64,000 nt of DNA. Origin: Centroscyllium fabricii. Taxonomy: Eukaryota. Shown here piece after piece: positions 25,001-37,000 of this stretch (within the stretch, counting starts at the first letter, position 1; every line of letters begins with the position of its first letter). The stretch lies in NCBI GenBank assembly GCA_051313645.2, contig JBNRSN020000024.1, positions 48,918,001-48,982,000 on the forward strand, read 5' to 3'. Made by a program: the position numbers and the translations under genes. The notes beneath the pieces are model-generated. The model did not search any database and had not been told where the DNA came from. It saw only the letters and a program-made list of their open reading frames with translations.

Positions 25001-28000
25001 GGAAACACTCCATTGTGACATCACAATGGAGTGCAACCAATCGCAAAGCCCAAGTATGTTGAGTGACAGGTGCACGGACGTGCTGGAAATCTTTCAGAGT
25101 TAGGGACCGTCTCTCAATCCAGCAATTCACCATCTGTCAAGATTAGTTTTTTAAGCTTTTTCTCCACAGATGGCCCTCAGAAAAGGGAGTCACTTACACC
25201 TCCAGGGTGTTGAAGGGCTGGAAAGCATTCTGCTCTCGGTCCTTCAATGCCTTGAAGGTGAAAGTGACCTAGCCGACTGTGATCCCACTAGCTTTCACCA
25301 GCGGGGTTTCAGGATGGCAGGGTTTGGGTGAGAAAGGGTGTAAAATGGGTGAGGACCCTAAAAATGGGATTATCCAGTCCAATTAAGAGCCCTCAATTAG
25401 CTAAACGAGCATCCCCGCTGGACACGCCGCCCGAAACTTACAAGCCGGCGGCGGGGGGGGAGGGACCCCCCCCCCCCGTTTCGCGATTTTAGGTCCCGCC
25501 CCGCCGGAAAGCTGCCCTCACGGACCCGCAAAAATTCCCCCCATAGACTTTACATTTCTAGTAGGTTTTACAGGCCCCTTGAATATATTCAGAAAGAAGT
25601 TATTCAAAAAGATGTTACAAGAGGCTAACTAGATTGTGACAGCTGTTCAGCTACTTGCACACTTTTGAGACTGAACGCCGTCAGTGCGAAAGCTCATGAT
25701 ACGCTGTTCCACTTCTAAACCTGTGTTGCCATTGGAAAGATCTATTGACTGGTTGTTAAGAATGCCAGCCACAACAAATCAGAAGCGAGGGCTAAGAAAC
25801 CATTTGATTGTCATTAAAGTGCCCCACCAGAGACTCAAATGGAACTTTAATGTAATGATCAGCTGAAGAGTAGGTTTGATGCAATGACTATGCTGGCATT
25901 CTATTAGTACCTGACAGAGGAGTTTGGAGGCCTGCAGTGTCATGCCCAGCACATATTGTCATTATTCATCGTGTGTGAACAAGCATTTTCACAAATAAAT
26001 CTGCAGAAATCTCCCTTGTGCTCAAGGCTCGCCAATGAATATCTGCAAGACACTCTCTGGTCATGACAAAACTGCAGCCACAAATAAATGACCTGGAAAA
26101 CCAGAAGCAAGCCAAGAGCATGCAAGAAACTGACAGTGCCATGCAACAAATGGTTTTCCAATAAATGTACAAATATTCTGCTGTAAATATAAAGATCAGA
26201 TCTCTCGTTCAAAAGATTGTGAAAATGCTTCTCCAATAACTGTGGCAATGTTTTATTGGAAAAGAAAGTGATTGTGTTGGACATGTCAATCATAATTCTA
26301 CCTGATCCAAAAGCATTTTAATTATACTACTTGCTAAATGTAGTACAGGGAATCGCCCCCTGCCCCAAAAAGTTGGGACATCTTCCTCTAATAATTATTG
26401 GGTTGTTTGTGAATGTAGCTAGTTGGGAAAATATTTTGCTAAAAAGAGTCACTTTGGACAATTTGGCAAATAGGGTAGAACTTTAAACGTACAAATAAAG
26501 ATATCTGTTGAAATGACAATGATTTACATCTCTCAACTGCCCAAGATCTAAATATTCAAAATAATGTTTTTTTAATCAAAAATGAGAGGCACAACAAATT
26601 AAAAAAGCATTATTAATTTGAAAGACGCGACAGGATTTTCTTAATGCAATATTATTCTACGGAAGATCAAATTATCCAACCATTTCTCCACCTCCCCACC
26701 CCACCTACTTCTTCTCTTCTAAGGCAGGGAAATGTAAGTCAAGTCAAAGGGTACAACAACCTAACAACCACCACCCTCCAATACTATCACAAAAGATAAT
26801 GATCCACATCTGCAAGATCAGAGTGACTTCACAAAACAGGCTTTTCCAACTTAATTTGAAGCTTTTAAAAAATAATACACCAAAAAACACATCTGAGCAA
26901 ATGTATTGACTGCAGGAAAGGTCAAAACATAGGGCAGCATAATGATGCAACACACAGGTGCTCCAACACATTGGCCCAAAAATTAGGGTGACCGCGGGCC
27001 CTTTTGGAGCTGGGTACTCACGCACACGGGCTCTGAATTGCGGGTAGCAGCCGTTTCCCGGAGCTACCTGCAATTCCGAAGACGGCCAGCGGGGGATCGT
27101 GAGCTGCAGCGAGCTGAAGAGCGTTCGTCTGCACACCAGGAGGAGCGCAGTGGAATTCTGATTTTTTTTAAAGTTTTTTATCGGGGTAAGTATTGAAAAA
27201 GTTACGACTGAAAATATCAGCCGTAACTAGCCATTTTTAGCAGGTAAGTCTCTATTTAGGAATCTAGGAACCGGAGCACATGCGGACCCTCAACGATGGC
27301 GCCGGAAAAATGGCTTGACGTCTTGTGGGTTCTCACGTGCTGTGTGTCTTTGTTCTTGTTGTATAGTTGTAGTTGTTTAGTTGTTATATAGTGCGTGAAA
27401 CTGCAGTAAGCATTTCACCTTCTGAATTTAATGTTTATTTTCAGTTGTGTGACAATAAAATTTTACTTACTTACTTATTTTATTCAATTTATGTATTTCT
27501 TTCACAGGTTTTTTCTTTTTAAATAATTTAAACAATGGTAAGTAGTTTTTTAGACAAGTTAAAAACATAAAATATTTTTTCAAAATTTTTATTTTTTGTT
27601 TAAAATAGGTAATTTATGTCAGGAATAGTAATGTTAAAAAATGTGGTGTTTTAAAAAAAATTATTTTATTGTTTAGTGTGTTTTTGGGGCTCTTGTAATT
27701 CATTAACTTTGACAGATCAAAGTTATGAATGGAGGATCCTTGTTAGTGATTGGCTCCCGCGGACCACGTGGTCCCGCGCGGCGGCGCCTGCCCACTAACT
27801 GCGACGCTGAGTTGCCTCAGCACGGCGCATGGAGCTTGGAGCCGGCCAGAAAATCAGGATTTCAAATCCCAGAAGAGAACAACGGCAGGTGCACTCCGTA
27901 AGTGTAGGTTTGAAGCTTGCACCCGCGGCAAGGCTCCGACCCTAATTTTTGGGCCATTATGTCAGAGTGGTAGCATATGAGTCATGTTTCATCACATGTA

Positions 28001-31000
28001 CAGCTCTTAATCTCAATCAGACTTTGAGGAAATATGTCAGGTGCTTTCGCTCAGCAGCATTTCAGGACACACACTCACTCATATGCTTATTGTTAATCCA
28101 AGAGCGACATGAATTGATTAAATAGCTTGGGGGAATTTTGTGTGTGCAGTATGCACGTGTGTTGACAGGGAGGAAACAAAATTCAAAAGAGGCAAAAATT
28201 ACATTTAAAACAGGATAAGCAAACCCACAACTCTCAGATGTTACACCTTTGATGCCTTAGTAAAGATGTTAACAATTGCAGCATTACTACCGAATTGATT
28301 AGTAACAGGTTTTAGGGTTAAGTGCACTACACTAGTTTACTGGGGCTTCAGTTGAAATATCTAGGAAACGCAAACTTAAATAAAATCATACTATTAACAC
28401 CGTTCCAACTAAATTGGTGCCATACAATATATATATTGCCTTCCTGAATTTTTTTAAGCTATGTCAGCTCTATTAAGAGACATACAATATGGACCATTTG
28501 CCTTGCTCAGCATTTGCACCAAGATCTACGCCGAGTTTGTCAAAACCTCAGTACAGCATTTGTGACATTTTGCAAAACAAAACCACGGTGATTAAACCAC
28601 TCCTAATACCATTTCTGCATGAAAATATTTCAAAGAAAGCGGACACTGAGAAAGGCAAACGTGAGCTCACAAAACCTAAATGCTGTATCAGCTGAATGTT
28701 TTACTCATACAAAGAAAAAGACTGGCTTTTAAAAAGAGACTATGGGGGGATTTTTCCTGGAGGTGCGGGAACCTGGCGGGGATGGCTCCTGACCCGCCCG
28801 GCCAAGGGCCTGGGAAGCCCACACTATTTTCACCTAATCACTCAATTAAATCCCCATGTGCGGGGTGCCTCTGGTAAGTGCAGCAGTACAGTCGCCAATT
28901 ACGGCGCTCAAACGGCATTCCAGGAGGCTGTCAGGCAGATGCGGCAACTGTTTGTTTATAGTTCCCATGGAAACAATCCACTGTGACATCACAGTGGAGT
29001 GGAACCAATGGGAAAGGCCAAGTGCTGTTGAGTGACAGGTGGACGGGCGGGATCCGAATCTTTGACAGTTAGGTGCCGGCTGTCAGTAAATCTGGGAAGG
29101 TAAGTTTTCTAAGTTTTTAGCCACAGCTGGTCTTAACCCAATGGAGTGACTTACTCCTCTAGAGTGCTGAAGGCCTGGGAAGCATTTTGCTGTAGGTCCT
29201 TCAACACTTTGAAGGAGAAAGTTAGCAACACCACTGTGATCCCGCTGAGTTTCACCAGCAGGGTTTTAGGATGGTGGGGTTAGGGTGGAAAGGAGGTGAA
29301 AATGGCTAAGGGAGCTTAAAATGGCATTACACATGCCAATTAAGGGCCCTTAATGAGCTGACCAAGCATCCCTGCCGGCCGCCGGCGGGAAAGATTCGGG
29401 GCGGGGGGACAGGGCGACGGAAAATGCGAAAGCAGCGGGGAGCCGGCAGGATGGGTCGTGACCCACTGGTTCCGCTATTTTGCCGTCCAACCTGTCGAAA
29501 ACCCTGCCTCATGGGGAGATGAAAATTTTGGCCATTGTATGGCTTATTTTATTCATTTTAAAACTATAATTCTTATCCATCCAGGACTATTTAGGTTTCT
29601 TAATGCTTAAAAATCAACTTATCACTTGACCCAGCTAGTCCCGTATCTCTGTATCTAAAACTAACAGCTTATTGAGTCTCTTACTGAACCATATAATGGC
29701 TGTGAAACTAAACCACATCACAACGCGATTATAACCAGTAGTTGCAGCAGCTGAACCCATTCACGTTTGCAATGTGGCTATGTACAACTTGTTATATTTT
29801 TTCTTTGAGTTATATATACACACATTTTCTTTGGTCGATTACTTAAGAATCATGGAACCACCAGTCATACAAGTGACTGGAATTTAATCAGGACCCCCCA
29901 CCACTGTTAGTTCAGCATGTGGCTTAACACCTCAGTTTGAGGTGCTAAATCAGAGGTTCCATTTCGTGGTTCAGGAAGATGTTAAAATATAGAATACCAC
30001 TATTCAAAGCTTTTTCTGCGTTGGCTAACCTTCCTCCATCAGTACAGATGAGGGAGGTCATTTGGCCCATCCAGCTCACCAATCCACAAAAAGCTACCAC
30101 TTTCCCCCTCACTCCCCTTCCCACAGCCCTTCCCACAGCATCCAACTCCCTCCTGATTGACTTGGTTGTCACTACCCTACATTGAAGACCATTCTAAGTA
30201 TTAAATCATTTTGTGGAGTAGTTCAGTTCTGAATTTGCTTAATATTTTACTTAATATGCCAAATTTCAACTGAGCTTGCCATATCTAATTTTAAGTTTTA
30301 AATAGTGTTATTGTAGAATAGTTTCTTCATTAATAATGCACATAAGCATCAGCAAGTTATTACTGGTAAACTATTAAAGAAAATCCTGAAGTAATAAGGC
30401 TCTGTTGATTGACTGAAAACTTTAAGTCACCATCTGTTCGATCAGTAGAAACACATTGCTGTTCCCCGACAGCAACTGCAAACATACAACTGGAGCACAA
30501 TCTAAAAGATCACAATAATCATTTAAATTCCAAGGGCAATTAACAAGGTCACCTGCAACACACTCATAGCAACACAAAATGCATAACTCTGGAAAGATTC
30601 ACCTTAGTGGTGTCGTGCTTCTTTAAGATGTGATTTACAATGTCAGCTGTCCCCATGTGCAATTCCTGAGGAAAGTTAAAAAAAATTATAAACAGCCGAG
30701 TTACACAGACAAAACTTTAAGATATACGCCAAAGGTGGTGTCGCGCACTCCTGCTTGGAAGTGATGTGCTAATGGAAAAGGAAAGGTAGCATGGAAACAT
30801 GACATGTAAAGGCCCAGTTCTTCTCCATAGGGAAGGGTGAGGAGCTTTGAATATTATTTAATCTCCTTCCTTTGTTGTTTTAATTGATTATGCTCATTTT
30901 TCCCCTGACGTTTTTCTGCCCCTTGAGTTCACAAAATGCCCAGTACTGTTCCAAGGGCAAGACAGCAAGCATTACTGGAGACTCAAAAGGCAGATTACCA

Positions 31001-34000
31001 GCTTTTCTGTCTCAGTTAATATATACGGTGGTATGAAGACCAAAAATACTTGAGTAAAATCACATTAATTGGTTACTGGGTGGTGCAGTTGGTTAAAGCA
31101 TTACACTTGCATCTCGGGGACTTAGACTCAAATACTGTTCAAATTGATGGGATGAAATGCCCCTCAGATCACTGTAAAGGTCATTCATGGAATTAGCTTA
31201 TGCAATCGCAACCGTTTTCCTTGTGGGAATGGGTCCATAACCGCGTTGTCTTTAAATGAGGGGGGGGGGGGGGGAAATAGTTGACTTAATTTATTCTATT
31301 TTCATTAGCTAAATTAAAATTAGAACTATATTCCTTACGAAGATAAACAAAAATTCCTGGATTGTAACACTGGTTAGAAGTCCACAGCTTTTGGAGCAGG
31401 TGTTGGAAACTGAAAAGGATGTATAAAGTCTGTGCCAGCCAAGCCTTAATTTATTATTTCCCAATATTTCTTGAGTTGTGTAAGAAGTGAATGAACCTTG
31501 ATATAAGCTGTATAATTAGATATTTTCTTGGTGTACTTTAACCTGTCTCCTGGGGTTCTTCCCTGAAAGATGGTAGCTGAATAGCTCAATTATGTATTTG
31601 ACTTTTCTGTTGCTTTTATTGGCTCAAAATTAATTTTCACAATGCAGTTTTCTAGGCAAGACATTTTAACCCATGAATTCAGAGGGTCGAATAGGGATGA
31701 TTATTTTGCCTGCTTTATTTTCCCTCTATACAGCTGCCTAGCAGTCACAGGCTTAGTCTCTGGTCTTACCATGTGACCTAAAGAGCATCGACTTCCATTT
31801 GTTTTGTATGATGGTCTCAAAAATGACAGCCTAGCAGGCCAGATCAATTGATGGACTATCTGATGAATGTAACCTATTCCAGTGGAGAAAATGAAGTCCT
31901 TGGCCCAGTATATCAGTCATGGGAGATCAGACTGATGTATCATCACTTAAATGCGACAAACATTTTTGTGTGTATGCTTAGCACATGCTTTCCGCAGAAC
32001 CCCCCACCCCGTTAAAGTCAGATAAGCCAGGTGGTGAATGATAGAAGGCTAGAGCCTAGTCTTCTGTCGTTTACTAGCCTTTATTTACAGAGACACACAT
32101 TACACACCGTGCACCCCCAAGATAAGTTTTTCCCTTCTCGAGCCTGCTCCCATACATATGAACACAAGAGAGTCCCCAATTAATACCCACCACCAACGTT
32201 CCCCCGAGGTGCGCGAGCACGGGGCTGCGCATCAATTGAAAGGTCCCACGCAGGCCGCTCGCCAGTTGTTGCCACTGGAAAAGGTACTGTGCGTGTGCAT
32301 CAGCGCAGCAAATTTAAAGGGACAGCACACACAAAAGAAATTGGAGGGAACACTGCCCACCGCCTGAATAAAATTAAGCCCCCCCCCCGCCCCCACCTCA
32401 AACCATACTGTGGTGTATAGATGTAGCAACAGGGGAAAAAATTGCTCGGCTACATTTAAGGGAAATTCAAATAGCCAGGAGAAGGTATCTTATTTGGAGT
32501 TAATTTAATGCCAGCGTTTTCAGGTTTTTTTTCATAGCCTGATGCATTAATTAAAAAAGTGTCTATATTCTAGGAATATATGGCTTTCTTTTTAATTAAA
32601 AGAATATCTGAAACCTTAAGAATTGATACCATTACTTACAGGAATACTGTCAGTGCGGTTATCTTTCCAGACTTCCAAAAGTGCAATTACCATTTCTTCT
32701 AATTCAGTGCGAGACAAAGCTCCATCGCGGTCAGTGTCAAATACCTTGAAACAAACTAGTGAAACAAAGAACTATTCACTTTAAAAATTAAAAATAATGT
32801 AGCAGAAACAATTCTGGAAAATGTACATAAAAGATTAAAATCAAAGGGGAAAAAACCCAGCAAATGCTGAAAATTTGAAATAAAACAGAAAATATTGGGT
32901 GTAGCACAGCAAGTCACTAACAGCTACAAAGAGAAAAGACAGCTTATGGATGTTTCGAATTCAAAGAGCGTCGAATAGGGGTGATTTTTTTGCCTGCTTT
33001 ATCTTCCCTCTATACAGCCGGCCAGCAATCACAGGCTTAGTCTCTGGGGTTACCATGTGACCTAAAGAGCATCGATTTCCATTTATTTTGTATGATGGTC
33101 TCGAAAATGACAGCCTTGCAGGCCAGATAAATTGATGGACTATCTGATGAATGTAACTGTTCCAGGAGAGAGAATGCTGTGCGTACGCGACATCAGGGTA
33201 TATACTCAAACTGTCTTTTCTCTTTATAGACATTACTGATCTGTTCTGTTAAAATATGTCATTTTCAGTTTTTATTTTACAGAAACCATTACAACATTAT
33301 CTTCGTAGGATACAAATCAAAACACTTCTACTTAGAAATATCTCCATGTTAAAACAGTTCAAGCTGCAGTCGTTAGAGTGTTGCTCTGGAACGGGAATAA
33401 TAGATCTAAATGATATAGGACCGAAGGTGGTGTTGCACAGCATCGTTTTAGCCTGTTCTATACCACAGTACAAGTGTAAAATCCAAATAAAGATTTGTGT
33501 TTACACCTAAGCAGTATATCATTTAGATCTATTATTCCTGTTCCAGAGTAACACTCTTAACGACTGTAGCTTGAACTGTTTTAACAGCCGAGATATTTCG
33601 AAGTAGAAAGTTTATTTAAGCGGCTGATCGAGGACTGGATAGGACAGAACGTAGATATTGGCTTTCCACCACTGGAGCCTGGTTCAAATCCAACCCAGAA
33701 TGATGGGATGAAAGTAGGCTCAGTCTGTTGGCTATAAGCCTCCTGCAAGAAATTACGCTGGACACTCAGTCCAGTTTCTACAACCCATAGCAAAAAGATT
33801 GTCCTTAATTCTGCACTAATTGGCACTGTATTCTTTCTTTTTTTTTATTGGATTCCAAGAAGCAGAGCCCCACCTAAACTATGAACAGTTTTTTTTAAAT
33901 GTTCACAAGTTAATTTAAGATTTTTTAAAAAGTAAAAATATTTTAACATTTTTATAAATCATATCCACATAATATTGAACAAAATGACATTACACACACT

Positions 34001-37000
34001 TCAAAAATAGTGGCCACTTACCACTAACAGATGAATTTTCTTTGAACCATTGTACAACTGTCCAATCTACTAAAACTTACATTTCTGCCTTTCAGCAAGA
34101 GGTCCTCTACAGCAAGCAGAAAGCCCACAAGAAATTTCTTTGAAGTCTATGTGATTGTCACGATTTTCATCAAAAGCACTGAATAAACCTGTAAAGGATG
34201 CCCAGTAAGTTGACAATACAGTCCATAAGAGGATATTTACTGTAATAACATCTTGCATAGATCACAGTCTCAGATATATTTTTAATAGTATCATCAGTAT
34301 ATGTTTTATCTTCTGACTTTCCATGGTATTTCTCAGATAGAATTCTATATGATATTTGCAGTAAACACTTGCAAATCAATGGGCCCTGACTTCCTGTGCT
34401 CCAGAAGAGCTGCACCCCCACGAAGGGGGGTCCGAAATGCCTCGTGGGGGTGCAGCTCGGGTGATTACCAGAAACGTGAACTTCCTGTGCTGATGGGCAA
34501 GGGGCTTCAGCTTCCTACCCAGGAAGACTTTGAGCTGCAGACTTCCTGTGGCAGCTGCTCAAAATGCGGGTGTATCACGTGGGCAAGTCTCTCTTTTGCT
34601 GCACATATAAAAAGCAGTCTTAAGAGGCTGCAGGCAGCTTTGAGAAGTGAAAAAAACACATTTAAAGTTAAAACAAATTTGATTCCTTTGGAGATATTTG
34701 TCTGTGGTCTTTCAGCTTGTAAATGTGAAGGTTTTTATATATTTTGGTGAAAGTGAAAAAAAACGGGGATTTGAACGCGATGTCAGCAGCTCTGATGGGC
34801 CAACAGAGCGGCTGACATCGCGTTCAAATCCCCGTTTTTTTTCACTTTCACCAAAATATATAAAAACCTTCACATTTACAAGCTGAAAGACCACAGACAA
34901 ATATCTCCAAAGGAATCAATTTTTAAAAAACTTTAAACGTGTTTTTTTCACTGGAGAAAAAAAAACCCCAACATCAGAAAAGGCAGAAACTTAAAAAAAC
35001 CAGCTTCCTAGAAACTGAAAAAACCCAAAAAAAGGTGCTTCCCTACCGGATATTCTTCATCCCGCAGGCTGATTCGGTGCTTTGTGCGGGGGTAAAGCCG
35101 ACCTCAGTGGGCGTGGCTTGCACCCCGCACCAAAAAAAACACGACCCCTCCGAACGAAAAAAACCCGGCTTTTTGCACAGGAAGTTCACGTGACAGAAAA
35201 AAAAAAAATTACCTGCGCGTGCGCCGCGGGTGCACGTCAGCGCGCACCCGCAGCAATCGGGCCACAGGAAGACATGGCCCATTATCAACTAAGAGTAGAT
35301 TTTCACTTTATGGACTTTTGTTAGTTCAAGAGTTTAACCAAATCCACCTTAGACCCTGTTTATAATCATAGAATCATAGAAACTTTACAGTGCGGATAAA
35401 GGCCATTCGGCCCATCCAGTCCGCACCGGCCCAGGAAACTCCTCACTATACTAACCCCATTTGCCCGCACCTGGCCCATAACCCTGTATGTTACGGTCCT
35501 TCATGTGCTGGTCCAAATATTTTTTAAATGTTGCGATGGTTTCTGCCTCCACCACCCTTACAGGCAGGGAGTTCCACACTTCCACCACCCTCTGAGTAAA
35601 GAAATTTCTCCTTACCTCCCCCCTAAACCTCCCCCCCCTAATCTTGAATCTATGTCCCCTAGTACTTGACTCTCCCACCAAGGGAAACAATGCCCCTTTA
35701 TCCACCCTATCGTGTCCTCTCATAATAATCTGTGATTAAAAATGGTGAGTGATCTCAGGATTCCCAAGGCACTGTGCCTGTAGGTGGCGCCGTGATCATA
35801 CGGCTAGATGACTGAGTGATTACAAAGGAAAGCTTATGATTTCATAGAATCCCTACAGTGCAGATAGAGGCCATTTCGGCCCATCGAGCCTGCACTGACA
35901 CATATCCCACCCTATCCCCGTAACCCCAAATATTCAATCACCACTAACACTAAGGGTCAATTTATCATGGCCAATCGACCTAACCCGCACATCTTTGGAC
36001 TGTGGGAGGAAACCGGAGCACCCGGAGGAAACCCACGCAGACACGGGGAGAATGTGCAAACTCCACACAGATAGTCACCCGAGGCCGGATTTGAACCCGG
36101 GCCCCTAGAGCTGAGGCAACAGTGCTAACCACTATGCCGTGCCGCCCATATAAAACTGTTGGTGTTGTGTGACTTCTTACAATTGATTACAAAGGGACAG
36201 CAACAAAAGTTACGTGATGGCCCCAAACTGCACGCTCAATAATTCCTGCGCACCCTCATTAGCTCGTTCAAATAAAATTGCGAATGCTTTCTTCCAGGAA
36301 TCAGACAAGCAAACAAAGTGTTAAGCTACCTCTATGTCTTCAACTGACAACAATATGAATCTGTTGTAGCTAAATACAGCAACACCTTGCATTTATATAG
36401 TGCCTTTAGCGTAGTAAAATGTCCCATGGTGCTTCACAGGAGCGCTACCAAACAACATTTGGCACCATGCCACATAGGGCATATCAGGACAGATGGCCAA
36501 AAGCTTGGTCAAAGAGGTAGGTTTTAAAGGACAGAGAGATACAGAGGCTCAGGGAGGAAATTCCAGAGCTATGGGCCTAGGTAGCTGAAAGCACACCCCC
36601 AGTGGTGGAGATCGAGGATGCTGAGGCCAGAATTGGAGGAGCACAAAGATCTTGGCGGGTTGGAGGGCCGGGGGGGGGGGGGAAAGGGGGGGAAAGAGAG
36701 AAAGGGAGGGGCGAGGATTTGAAAACAAGGATGAGAATTTTAAAATTGGGGCATTGCCAGATCAGGAGGCAATGTATGTCAGTGAACACAGAGGTGCTGG
36801 TTGAACAAGACTTGGTGGGAGTTAGGATGTGGACAGCAGAGTTTGGATGAGCTTAAGTTTACAGAGGGTGCAAGGTGGGAGGCCGGCCAGGGGAGCATTG
36901 GAATAGTCAAGTCTAGAGATATGGATGAGGGTTTTAGCAGCAGATGAGCTGAGGCTGGGGCAAAGACGGGAGATGTTGCGGTGATGGAGAGGATATGGAG

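Noticed and set aside
32010-32430. Possible solo LTR around the small hAT MITE
   Set aside because: It ends in AACA and has a poly(A)-signal-like motif, but no TG start or clear TSD could be established.
34698-34900. Two mirror-image 62-aa ORFs
   Set aside because: A consequence of the perfect inverted repeat, not genes.
36095-36147. tRNA gene-like A/B boxes (also ~53474 and ~31080)
   Set aside because: These are tRNA-derived SINE heads without a complete cloverleaf.
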